DNA of 32,000 bases from contig NZ_JASJEB010000104.1 in the NCBI RefSeq assembly GCF_030064895.1, positions 1,745-33,744 on the forward strand. Reading direction: 5' to 3'. The number at the start of each line of letters is the position of its first letter. Positions within the stretch are counted from its first letter, which is position 1. The notes beneath the pieces were generated by a model, which worked only from the letters and a program-made list of their open reading frames with translations, was not told where the DNA came from and searched no databases. Shown here piece after piece: positions 1 through 8,928 of this stretch. The position numbers and the translations under genes are program-made. The DNA comes from Crocosphaera sp. GTDB taxonomy: Bacteria; Cyanobacteriota; Cyanobacteriia; Cyanobacteriales; Microcystaceae.

Positions 1-424
1 CTGCGATCGCTTCTTCCCTATTGCCTAATTGTAAATAGACTTTTGCCCTTTCTATGTAGAGACCGGGTATGGTTTGGTTCAGGGCTAAAGCTTGAGTCAA
101 ATCAGCCATTGCTGCTTGATAATTGTTAATTCGAGTATAGGCAATTCCCCGATTATAATAAGCTTCTACTTCACTAGGACTGAACTGTAAAATTTTGCTA
201 AATAGTGCGATCGCCCCTTGATAATCTCCTTGAATTCCTTTTTCCATCCCCTGAATTAATAACTCATTGAGATAGGGATCACGAATATAGATTTGAGAGA
301 TCGTCGAGTAATTTTTCCTTAAACTCTCATTAAGAGACTGACTGAAAACTAGATCAGGAAAACTAAGAAAGACGAAAATTAGTAAGCCTACCACTAAGCG
401 AGAAATTGTTGTTGATAAAGACAC
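1..424 (-). CDS. TPR-repeat protein with N-terminal signal/anchor (partial, runs off window start)
   Basis: Manual translation from GTG at 424: MSLSTTISRLVVGLLIFVFLSFPDLVFSQSLNES...GMEKGIQGDYQGAIALFSKILQFSPSEVEAYYNRGIAYTRINNYQAAMADLTQALAL; TPR periodicity and hydrophobic N-terminus. Not in the ORF track because it is truncated. Confidence 0.75.
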   Translation of the reverse strand, partial: MSLSTTISRLVVGLLIFVFLSFPDLVFSQSLNESLRKNYSTISQIYIRDPYLNELLIQGMEKGIQGDYQGAIALFSKILQFSPSEVEAYYNRGIAYTRINNYQAAMADLTQALALNQTIPGLYIERAKVYLQLGNREEAIA

Positions 425-755
425 GGTTTATTTCCTAATTATCAATGACCTATTGATCGGTATAGCAGACAAAATTGAATGACAAGACGATTTTAAACAT
501 ATTCTTCAATTTTTGCACTTTCAATTGAAGCAAAGACTGCTATAGCAATCACAATCATCATTGATGAGATATCTTTTTTCTTATTTCCTGTTCCCTTGTC
601 GGGAGTTCCCTTCTACTCAAAGTTAATTATCACAACTGATTACTGATTGCTATATTACAGTCTAGAAGACTTTTTACGCACATATAGGAGATGGCCTGCT
701 TGTCTAGTATCTATAATTAACTTAAAGTGAGCTATTACTTCTGATCAAACAAAAC

Positions 756-2243
756 TTGTTAACCTTATCTATGATTGACACCTCATTTATAAAACGATTT
801 CGCTGGTTAGGTTTAATTTTAATCAGTACCTTACTGGTCTTAATTTCTCGTTTACCGGCCGTTGCTCAAACCCCGAAACACTATACGGAGTTAGAGTTTC
901 CCCCTTTAGCGGAAATTTCTCTACCTGAATACAAACGCTACCAACTTAGCAACGGGATGGTTATCTATTTGATGGAAGATAATCAGTTACCTTTAGTTAG
1001 GGGAAGTGCTTTAATTAAAACAGGTTCACGACTGGAACCGGGCCAAAAAGTTGGCCTCGCTCAAACTACCGGTAGTTTGATGCGTTTAGGGGGAACCCAA
1101 GAACATTCTGCCAACGAAATTAACCAAATCCTAGAACAACGGGCCGCTAGGGTTGAAGTTTCTATTGGTACAAGTTCGGGTAGTGCCGGGTTTAATACCC
1201 TCAGTGAAGATTTAGAGACGGTTTTTAACCTCTTTAGCGAAGTATTACAAGAACCTGCTTTTTCCCCTCAACTCCTCAGTTTAATCAAAAACCAACAACA
1301 GGGGAGTATTGCTCGTCGTAATGATGATCCCGGGAGTATTGCTAGTCGGGAGTTAGGTAAACTAATTTATGGGGAAGAGAGTCCTTATGCTCGTACCATA
1401 GAGTATGAAACCATCGATAACATTACCCGTGATGATGTTGTTGCTTTTTATGAGAAATATGTGCGGCCTGAGAACATTATTTTAGGGATTGTAGGGGATT
1501 TTGAACCAAAGGCTATGAAATCCTTGATCGAGAATACTCTGGGAAAATGGCAACCTAATACCCCAGAACCCGAGATAAATATTCCCTCAGCCCAACAAAA
1601 ACAAAGCCAGGGGGTCTTTTTCGTCAATCAACCTCAACTCAACCAAAGTAATGTCTTATTGGGGCATTTAGGGGGCAAATTGGACAGTCCTGATTATCCT
1701 GCATTGTCGGTGGTAAACGGTTTATTGAACGGGTTTGGGGGTCGTCTTTTTAATGATTTGCGATCGCGTAAGGGGTTGGCTTACACTGTTTACGGGTTTT
1801 GGAGTGCTGGTTATGATTATCCTGGGGTGTTTATTGCTGGAGGCCAAACTGCTTCTCAAACCACTGTAAAGTTTATTAGCTCTTTGCTGAACGAAATTAA
1901 ACAAGTACAAATTAGTCCTATTTCTTCTGATGAATTGGACTATGCAAAAGAGTCGATTTTAAACTCGTTTGTATTTAAGTTCGAGAACCCATCTCAAACT
2001 TTATCTCGTCTCACCACTTATGAATATTATGGCTATCCTCAAGACTTTATTTTTGATTATCAAAAAGGAGTTAAAGCAACTACTATTGAGGAGGTACAAA
2101 GGGTTGCTCAAGAATACCTGAAACCGGAAAATATTGTTACTTTGGTGGTGGGGAATGAAGAAGAAATTAATCCTCCTTTATCTCAACTAGGACAAACGGT
2201 TAAATCTCTTGATGTCACCATTCAGGGAGAAGTTAAAAGTTAA
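756..2243 (+). CDS. M16 family (insulinase-like) peptidase homolog, probably the non-catalytic type; start may be 771
   Basis: 495 aa; YQLSNGMVIYLMEDNQLPLV, LGKLIYGEESPYAR, YVRPENIILGIVGDF and RSRKGLAYTVYGFW are M16-like. The HxxEH position reads GLAQTTGSLMRLGG. Confidence 0.88.
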   Translation: MLTLSMIDTSFIKRFRWLGLILISTLLVLISRLPAVAQTPKHYTELEFPPLAEISLPEYKRYQLSNGMVIYLMEDNQLPLVRGSALIKTGSRLEPGQKVGLAQTTGSLMRLGGTQEHSANEINQILEQRAARVEVSIGTSSGSAGFNTLSEDLETVFNLFSEVLQEPAFSPQLLSLIKNQQQGSIARRNDDPGSIASRELGKLIYGEESPYARTIEYETIDNITRDDVVAFYEKYVRPENIILGIVGDFEPKAMKSLIENTLGKWQPNTPEPEINIPSAQQKQSQGVFFVNQPQLNQSNVLLGHLGGKLDSPDYPALSVVNGLLNGFGGRLFNDLRSRKGLAYTVYGFWSAGYDYPGVFIAGGQTASQTTVKFISSLLNEIKQVQISPISSDELDYAKESILNSFVFKFENPSQTLSRLTTYEYYGYPQDFIFDYQKGVKATTIEEVQRVAQEYLKPENIVTLVVGNEEEINPPLSQLGQTVKSLDVTIQGEVKS

Positions 2244-2368
2244 GACAAAATTTGTAGGGGCTTAATAATATTAAGCCCTGATAATCTAGAATACAGTTAT
2301 TAACTTTATAGATAATGTCACCTTTAACTATTGAATTACTTTGTAGCGAAGCAGAACAATTTTAAATT

Positions 2369-2974
2369 TTGGAATCTCAACATAAAGAATCTTCTCTCTA
2401 TGGTGTAACAGATGGCAAAGCAGTGGGAACTTATTTAGAACAAAAATTCAAAGCCTATTTACAAGAAAAGTATGATTTTGTGGCAGGAAGTTCTGCAAGT
2501 GGTATTGATTTTCCTGATTTATTGGTTGATATGAAAGTAACCAGTATTAAGCAACCACAGTCATCTTGTCCTTATAAGTCTGCTAGACAAAAAATTTTTG
2601 GGCTAGGATATTCACTGATTATTTTTGTTTACAATAAAATTGATAATAATAGTGAACAAGTTACACAATTAAATATTCTACATACTATCTATGTGGATGC
2701 AGAAAGAACAGCAGATTTTCAAATGACTAGAGGTATCAATAACATCATCGAGAATGAAGGGAATGAAGATGATATTATTGCTTTTATGTTAGATCGGAAT
2801 TTGCCTGTGGATGAAATTGAAGCAGCAAACTTAGCTCAAGAAGTTATTAATAATCCTCCTAAACAGGGTTTCTTGACTATCTCTAATGCGTTACAATGGC
2901 GGTTACAATATAGAAGATTTATTTCTCTTGCTGGACAAGAAGAGGGTTTGATAGACATTTATCGAACGAATTAA
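2369..2974 (+). CDS. Putative type II restriction endonuclease, possibly 5'-truncated by an in-frame stop
   Basis: SGIDFPDLLVDMKVTSIKQPQSSCP resembles a PD-(D/E)xK-type active site; two nt upstream of a DNA methyltransferase gene; track start is TTG, with an upstream in-frame ATG(2315)...TAA(2363-2365). Confidence 0.6.
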   Translation: MESQHKESSLYGVTDGKAVGTYLEQKFKAYLQEKYDFVAGSSASGIDFPDLLVDMKVTSIKQPQSSCPYKSARQKIFGLGYSLIIFVYNKIDNNSEQVTQLNILHTIYVDAERTADFQMTRGINNIIENEGNEDDIIAFMLDRNLPVDEIEAANLAQEVINNPPKQGFLTISNALQWRLQYRRFISLAGQEEGLIDIYRTN

Positions 2975-2976
2975 TA

Positions 2977-4404
2977 ATGAAGAAAAAATCTAACAATAAA
3001 ATTGAATATGGAGACTTCCAAACTCCGTTGACTTTAACAGATAAAATTTGTCAAAAGCTAGTAGAAATAAAAGTATTGCCTGATCTTATTATTGAGCCAA
3101 CTTGCGGTATTGGGAACTTTGTAAAATCTTCTAATATGTATTTTAAAGACTTTAAAAAAATCATAGGAATTGATATCAATATAAACTATATAGAACAATT
3201 GAAAAACAACCAAAATAAAAACAATAATAAGGTTACAGTTATTCATGATGATTTTTTTGATTTTGAGTTAAGTCAATTAATAAAAAAAAGAGATGATAAT
3301 ATTTTAATTCTTGGTAATTTCCCTTGGGTAACTAATTCACAACTAGGAAGAATAAAAGGATTAAATTTACCCGAAAAAAATAATTTTCAGCATAATAAGG
3401 GACTAGACGCAATTACAGGGAAAAGTAATTTTGATATATCAGAATGGATGTTAATTAAATGTGTGAATTTTTTACAAAATTATCAGGGTTATCTAGCTAT
3501 GCTTTGTAAAACATCAGTTGCTAGAAAAATAGTTAATTATTTATATAAACAAAATTGTCATCTGTCTTATTGTGCAACTTATGGAATAGATAGCAAAAAA
3601 TATTTTAATGCAACCGTTGAAGCTTGTTTATTATTTTGTCAATTTAAACCTGAAACAAAAAATTATACTTGTGATGTTTTTGAAGATTTATATACATCAA
3701 AGTACAACACTATCAGTTATATTAATAATCGTCTAATTAGAGATAGTAAAACATTTAAACAATTTAGTTATCTTTATACAAATAAACCCACAATTAAATG
3801 GCGTTCTGGTGTTAAACATGATTGCTCAAAAATCATGGAATTTGAGAAAGTAGGAGATTTTTTAATCAATGGTTTAGGAAAAAAAGTAAAATTAGAAGAT
3901 GATTATATTTATCCATTATTGAAAGGTTCAAATGTTTTCAATCAAGATAAAAATAGAACAAAAAAATATGTGTTGATAACTCAAAAATACATTGGAGAAG
4001 ATACTAATAATATAAGAAAATATGCACCAAAAACCTGGAACTATTTACAATCTCATGCTAGTTACTTGGATAAACGTGCAAGTCGAATTTATAAAAATAA
4101 TCCTCAATTTTCTATTTTTGGTGTTGGTGAATATAGTTTTTATCCTTGGAAAATTGCCATTTGTGGTTTATATAAAAAATTAGAATTTAGACTATTTAAT
4201 TTAATAGATAATAAACCTATTATGTTTGATGATACTGTTTATTTTCTTAGCTTTGAAGAAGAAGAAAAGGCTAGACAATTTTTTGATATATTAACCTCTA
4301 CTGAAGTAATTAGCTTTTACTCATCGTTAATTTTTTGGGATGAAAAACGTCCTATCAAAGCAAGTATTTTAAATTGTCTTGATTGGAAAAATGTTTTTAA
4401 ATAA
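2977..4404 (+). CDS. Adenine-specific DNA methyltransferase (type II R-M modification subunit)
   Basis: 475 aa; AdoMet motif I-like LIIEPTCGIGNFV and motif IV-like ILGNFPWVTNSQLG; paired with the preceding ORF. Confidence 0.8.
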   Translation: MKKKSNNKIEYGDFQTPLTLTDKICQKLVEIKVLPDLIIEPTCGIGNFVKSSNMYFKDFKKIIGIDININYIEQLKNNQNKNNNKVTVIHDDFFDFELSQLIKKRDDNILILGNFPWVTNSQLGRIKGLNLPEKNNFQHNKGLDAITGKSNFDISEWMLIKCVNFLQNYQGYLAMLCKTSVARKIVNYLYKQNCHLSYCATYGIDSKKYFNATVEACLLFCQFKPETKNYTCDVFEDLYTSKYNTISYINNRLIRDSKTFKQFSYLYTNKPTIKWRSGVKHDCSKIMEFEKVGDFLINGLGKKVKLEDDYIYPLLKGSNVFNQDKNRTKKYVLITQKYIGEDTNNIRKYAPKTWNYLQSHASYLDKRASRIYKNNPQFSIFGVGEYSFYPWKIAICGLYKKLEFRLFNLIDNKPIMFDDTVYFLSFEEEEKARQFFDILTSTEVISFYSSLIFWDEKRPIKASILNCLDWKNVFK

Positions 4405-4423
4405 TGGAAATTATTAAAACTGA

Positions 4424-4753
4424 TTACGAAAAATTATCGTCATTACGAACTCGTCCAGGAGTAAATTTACCAGAGAAACTTAAATCAGAATCTCTGACTA
4501 TTTTACGGACTTTATTTTTCCGTGATTCCCCTAATTCTTTCCTGTTATTTTCACAGTGAACTTTCTCCACTTCTAGCAAAAATTCAATATCGTTGATAGC
4601 TTTGTTTAAGTCTTCTTGTAGTTTATGTCTATTAGCAATTGTTTTACCAATCAAACCAGCAGTTAACGCAGCAATTAATGTATTGATAATAGAGAATATT
4701 CCAGAAATTAAAGCTTTTTGAATATCAATATTAGATAGGTCTAAATAAGTCAT
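4424..4753 (-). CDS. Small hypothetical protein, one predicted hydrophobic segment
   Basis: 109 aa ORF; ALISGIFSIINTLIAALTAGLIG hydrophobic stretch followed by a charged helix. Confidence 0.4.
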   Translation of the reverse strand: MTYLDLSNIDIQKALISGIFSIINTLIAALTAGLIGKTIANRHKLQEDLNKAINDIEFLLEVEKVHCENNRKELGESRKNKVRKIVRDSDLSFSGKFTPGRVRNDDNFS

Positions 4754-4840
4754 AGGTGTTAGTTATATAAACTGTTTTATATTATCATATTTTATATTTT
4801 AAATTTAAAAAAAGGGGCAGTTTTACACCTTTCAACTATA

Positions 4841-6163
4841 CTAAAGAATCTTAACTTTTAAGCCATCACTAGGACGAGGACTAGGAATAGTTATCATCTC
4901 TAAGTTTTGGTCGGGTAATAGTTCCCAATGACAGTTACGAACCAAGAGACTAGCAAAAATTTTCATTTCTAATCTAGCAAATTCTTTGCCTAAACATTCT
5001 CTTAAACCTCCCCCAAAAGGAACATAAGCAAAACTTTTTTGTTTATCTGCCATATTTTCAGGAGAAAAGCGTTCAGGATCAAAGGTTTGATAATTAGGAA
5101 AAGTGTCTTTTTCTTGATGGGTTTGGGCGATTTGATATTGTACTGTCCAATCTTTAGGAATACGATAACCTTCAAATTCAAACTCTTGAATGACCTTTCT
5201 AAATGCGCCACCAACTGGAGGGATTAACCTTAAAACCTCTTTTAATACCTGTTCTAAATAGGTCATTTCTTTTAATTTTTCTGAAGTTATATTTTCAGTA
5301 ATATTCAAATTTTCTTGTTCCTTTCTTACTTTTTCTAAAATATCAGGATGTTGCGCCATTAATAAGCTAAAAGAAGAAATTGCAGAGGTTAATGTTTCGT
5401 GACCAGCAAATAGAAGTAATAATATTTGATCTTTTAGTTCTTCTAGAGTAAGACTATTTCCTTCCTCATCTTTTGCCTCTAATAAAATACCAAGTGCATC
5501 ATTTTGATGTTTGGGTTGTTGTTGTCTATCAACGATAATTGTTTCGAGTTCTTGTAACATTTTCTCACGACATTTTAACGCTTTACCAAAACTTGTCCAA
5601 GGTAAATCAATCGCTAAACTAAATAGTCCTTGACTCCAGGTTTCAAAATAACTTGCTAAATTTGTTTGAGAAGCATTATCGAAACTAATTAATAAACTAC
5701 AAGCAACATCAAAGGTATAGTCTCTTAATTCTGGATACCAGGTTAACTCTTTAGTTTGTAACCATCTGTTTATATATTGTTGGGTAATTTCGGTCATTTT
5801 CGGAATATAACTATTTAAAGCCCTGGGTTGAAAAGCTTGGGCTAATAATTTCCGTCTGGAAGTATGAAAATTACCATCTTTAATAACTAAAGATAATTCT
5901 CCTAAAAGAATTCTGGTACTTTTTGGCCAGCTTGAAACAACATATTTATTTTCATTACGGAATAAAAATTGATTAGCATCTGCACCAATCATGATAACAG
6001 CATCATTCCCAAAGATATTGGTTTTATAAACTTGACCATATTTTTTTAGTTTCTTCTTACCAAAATCAGGATCAAATAAAAAACTAAGAGTTTCACCTAT
6101 CAAGGGTAGTCCTCTATCTCCAGGGGGTAAAGATAAAGATTTTTTACTGTCTAATTGTGTCAT
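4841..6163 (-). CDS. Cytochrome P450, CYP120-like
   Basis: LLLFAGHETLTSAI (I-helix AGxxT), EVLRL (ExxR) and FGGGLRECLGKEFARLE (heme-binding Cys). Start placed at the internal ATG at 6163 because the longer ORF start runs into the ndhF terminator hairpin. Confidence 0.92.
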   Translation of the reverse strand: MTQLDSKKSLSLPPGDRGLPLIGETLSFLFDPDFGKKKLKKYGQVYKTNIFGNDAVIMIGADANQFLFRNENKYVVSSWPKSTRILLGELSLVIKDGNFHTSRRKLLAQAFQPRALNSYIPKMTEITQQYINRWLQTKELTWYPELRDYTFDVACSLLISFDNASQTNLASYFETWSQGLFSLAIDLPWTSFGKALKCREKMLQELETIIVDRQQQPKHQNDALGILLEAKDEEGNSLTLEELKDQILLLLFAGHETLTSAISSFSLLMAQHPDILEKVRKEQENLNITENITSEKLKEMTYLEQVLKEVLRLIPPVGGAFRKVIQEFEFEGYRIPKDWTVQYQIAQTHQEKDTFPNYQTFDPERFSPENMADKQKSFAYVPFGGGLRECLGKEFARLEMKIFASLLVRNCHWELLPDQNLEMITIPSPRPSDGLKVKIL

Positions 6164-6208
6164 TTTTGATTGATTAAAATTAAAGATTGATCTATTAATT
6201 TTTAATTT

Positions 6209-6237
6209 TAAAATAAAAAGGGGCAATATTGCCCCTT
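6209..6237 (-). terminator. Rho-independent terminator of ndhF1
   Basis: Perfect 20-bp palindrome AAGGGGCAATATTGCCCCTT (6218-6237), followed on the minus strand by a T-rich tract, just after the ndhF stop. Confidence 0.8.
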
Positions 6238-6260
6238 CAAACCAACTTTAAAAAAATGAG

Positions 6261-8309
6261 TTAAACTACACTAAAAACAATCACAAACCCTAACACTGCC
6301 CCAAATACAATTAAGGCATAAAATTGGGCGCGACCATTTTCTAGATACTTCAAACCTTCCCCACTCACTAAAGTAGCTAAACCAGTCAAATTAACCGCGC
6401 CATCAATAACACGATAATCCACTTCCATAATTTGACGGGCTAAGCGACGACATCCCATAACAAATACATTATTGTAAACATCATCGAAATACCACTTATT
6501 GAGGGAAAATTGATACAACGCAGGAAACTTATCCGCGATCGCTTTGGGATCAATTTTGTGTTGTAAATACATCAAAGAAGCGATGGTAATACCAATTAAA
6601 GCAATACCAACAGAATTTCCGGCCATGATACCAAACTCCGTCCAGTCGAAGTGAGAAACCTCTTCTATAACCTCTCCTGGGGCGTATATAAAGCCCTCAA
6701 AAGTATTATCCCAAGGTTTACCCAATAAACCGATCAACGTGGAAGGAACGGCTAAAATAAGCAGGGGTAAGGTCATAGTCAAAGGAGACTCATGGGGATA
6801 TTCGCTATGGCCATGATCATCGTGACCATGATCTTCGCTATCATGATCCAATTCCTTCACATCCATTGCCCCAGGACCAAACACAGGAGCAACTGCTGCG
6901 GATAACTCGGCCCGAATGTCCATATCATTGCCTCGGAAGTCTCCTTCAAAGGTCATAAAATACATCCGGAACATATAAAAAGCGGTTAAACCGGCAGTTA
7001 ACCAACCCACTAACCATAAACTGGGGTTCGCTTCAAAGGCTAAGCCTAAAATCTCGTCTTTTGACCAGAAACCAGCAAAAGGAGGAATTCCACAAATAGC
7101 TAAAGTTCCGATCAAAAACGCTAAGGAAGTCAGGGGCATATATTTTCTCAGTCCCCCCATTAAACGCATATCCTGGGCCAAGACCGGATCATGTCCAACA
7201 ACCTCTTCCATGCCATGAATAACAGACCCAGAACAAAGGAATAACATCGCTTTAAAATAAGCATGGGTCATCAGGTGAAACAGTCCAGCAGTATAAGCAC
7301 CGATACCCATAGCCATCACCATGTAACCCAGTTGGGAAATCGTCGAGTAAGCTAAACCCTTCTTAATATCGTTTTGAGTTAAAGCGATGGTTGCACCTAA
7401 AAAGGAGGTGACGGCCCCAGTCCAAGCAATAGTTGTCATGGCTACAGGGATGTTCTCAAACACAGGATACATCCGCGCTACCAAGAATACACCTGCTGCT
7501 ACCATGGTCGCAGCGTGAATCAAGGCAGAAATAGGTGTGGGGCCTTCCATTGCGTCTGGTAGCCAAACATGAAGGGGAAACTGTGCCGATTTAGCCACAG
7601 GTCCAAGGAAGACTAAGACAGCGAATAATGCTGCTAATGCCGGGGCGATCATTCCTGAAGAAACTAACCCTTCTAAACGTTCCCCCATCAGATCAAATTC
7701 AAAGGTTCCGGTTGCCCAGTAAATACCTAACATTCCCAGAAGCAGGCCGAAGTCACCGACACGGTTGGTGACAAAGGCTTTTTGGCAAGCATCGGCCGCT
7801 GCTTTGCGATCGAACCAGAAACCGATGAGAAGATAGGAACACATCCCCACCAGTTCCCAGAAGATATATACCTGCACTAAATTAGGACTGATTACTAAGC
7901 CCAACATGGACGCGCTAAAGATACTTAAGTAAGCATAAAAGCGGACATAACTTGGATCGTGGGCCATGTAACCATCGGTATAAACCATCACCAAAAAGGC
8001 CACTGTGGTGACAATGACACACATCAAGGCACTAATATGATCCAGGGTGTAACCCATTTGTAGAGTAAAATTGCCGGCTGCTGCCCATTCGATCATCTTA
8101 GTGTATTCTTCATGACCTTGGATTTGACTCCACAACAGGGCAAAAGATAACACCATCGACGCGCCTATCAGGGAAATAATAAATACTGCGTTGACTTGTC
8201 TGAGGCGGTTGGTTGCTTCATTAAAGGAAATTAAGCCTAAGCCCACCAGCATCGCCCCCAACAAGGGCAACACTGGAATAAGCCAGGCGTATTGATAAAG
8301 AGGTTCCAT
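6261..8309 (-). CDS. ndhF: NAD(P)H-quinone oxidoreductase subunit 5 (NdhF1/NuoL family)
   Basis: 682 aa; MCVIVTTVAFLVMVYTDGYMAHDPSYVRFYAYLSIF, GPVAKSAQFPLHVWLPDAMEGPTPISALIHAATMVAAG. Confidence 0.97.
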   Translation of the reverse strand: MEPLYQYAWLIPVLPLLGAMLVGLGLISFNEATNRLRQVNAVFIISLIGASMVLSFALLWSQIQGHEEYTKMIEWAAAGNFTLQMGYTLDHISALMCVIVTTVAFLVMVYTDGYMAHDPSYVRFYAYLSIFSASMLGLVISPNLVQVYIFWELVGMCSYLLIGFWFDRKAAADACQKAFVTNRVGDFGLLLGMLGIYWATGTFEFDLMGERLEGLVSSGMIAPALAALFAVLVFLGPVAKSAQFPLHVWLPDAMEGPTPISALIHAATMVAAGVFLVARMYPVFENIPVAMTTIAWTGAVTSFLGATIALTQNDIKKGLAYSTISQLGYMVMAMGIGAYTAGLFHLMTHAYFKAMLFLCSGSVIHGMEEVVGHDPVLAQDMRLMGGLRKYMPLTSLAFLIGTLAICGIPPFAGFWSKDEILGLAFEANPSLWLVGWLTAGLTAFYMFRMYFMTFEGDFRGNDMDIRAELSAAVAPVFGPGAMDVKELDHDSEDHGHDDHGHSEYPHESPLTMTLPLLILAVPSTLIGLLGKPWDNTFEGFIYAPGEVIEEVSHFDWTEFGIMAGNSVGIALIGITIASLMYLQHKIDPKAIADKFPALYQFSLNKWYFDDVYNNVFVMGCRRLARQIMEVDYRVIDGAVNLTGLATLVSGEGLKYLENGRAQFYALIVFGAVLGFVIVFSVV

Positions 8310-8319
8310 AGAGTAATGC

Positions 8320-8519
8320 CTAAGTTATTTGTTTTGCTACATAAAACCGATACAATGCGCCATCATAAGACACATTAAAGTTTACTTCCTGCTTCACCCA
8401 GAACCGTCGCCGGTAACGGAGTTCAATACGCGCCCACAGGTGGCGCGTCCAGTCCCCCTCTGTCCACAGGCTAACACGGTATAGCCTACCGGTTGATTAG
8501 CTAACACTTTAGCTCCACC
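8320..8519 (-). pseudogene. Possible C-terminal remnant of an IS200/IS605-type TnpB-like protein (frameshifted)
   Basis: Minus-strand fragments GGAKVLANQPVGYTVLACGQRGTGRATCGRVLNSVTGDGSG* (8394-8519) and, in another frame, FWVKQEVNFNVSYDGALYRFYVAKQIT* resemble cyanobacterial TnpB-like tails. Assigned from memory of the family, not from a search. Confidence 0.35.
8428..8448. repeat. GC-rich inverted repeat ACGCGCC-CACAGGT-GGCGCGT
   Basis: Perfect 7-bp arms with a 7-nt loop inside an AT-rich region. Confidence 0.75.
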
Positions 8520-8595
8520 TTAGTGGATAGATAACGCTAACCCTTCAGTTATAGACTTTTTTTAAGGAATTCTTCAACGAATCAAGGCACAGACC

Positions 8596-8628
8596 GTCTC
8601 CCCACACTCCCCCTCTCCCCCTCTCCCC
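8596..8628. repeat. Short CT-rich tandem array (GTCTCCCC-ACACTCCCC-CTCTCCCC-CTCTCCCC)
   Basis: Direct reading; inverse complement of the unit at 13915-14016. Confidence 0.7.
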
Positions 8629-8928
8629 ACCAAACTCCAAAGATAATTTTTCTATAAAAAGGCAATAAGATTTTCTAATTTTTATCGACTAATTCGAGAT
8701 ATTTACTAAACAATTATACTGAGAATTTCAGTAATTTTACCCTTGGATTTTTTATTAAAGATAAAGAACTTTTTTGTTTCTTTATACTACTCCTAATCTA
8801 TTTACAAAATCTTTAAAAAATGTTGATTATATAAAGAAATAAATTCTCTGTAAATACTTGCAAAATTAGAAAAAAATGATAAGCTGTTATGTGTAAATCC
8901 CCAGAATTATGTTTAACTATTTATTTCT

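Noticed and set aside
3058-3246. Minus-strand 62-aa ORF inside the methyltransferase gene
   Set aside because: Antisense shadow of a well-supported CDS; the same holds for 1722-1910, 5002-5227, 9190-9402, 12932-13150 and 13459-13701.
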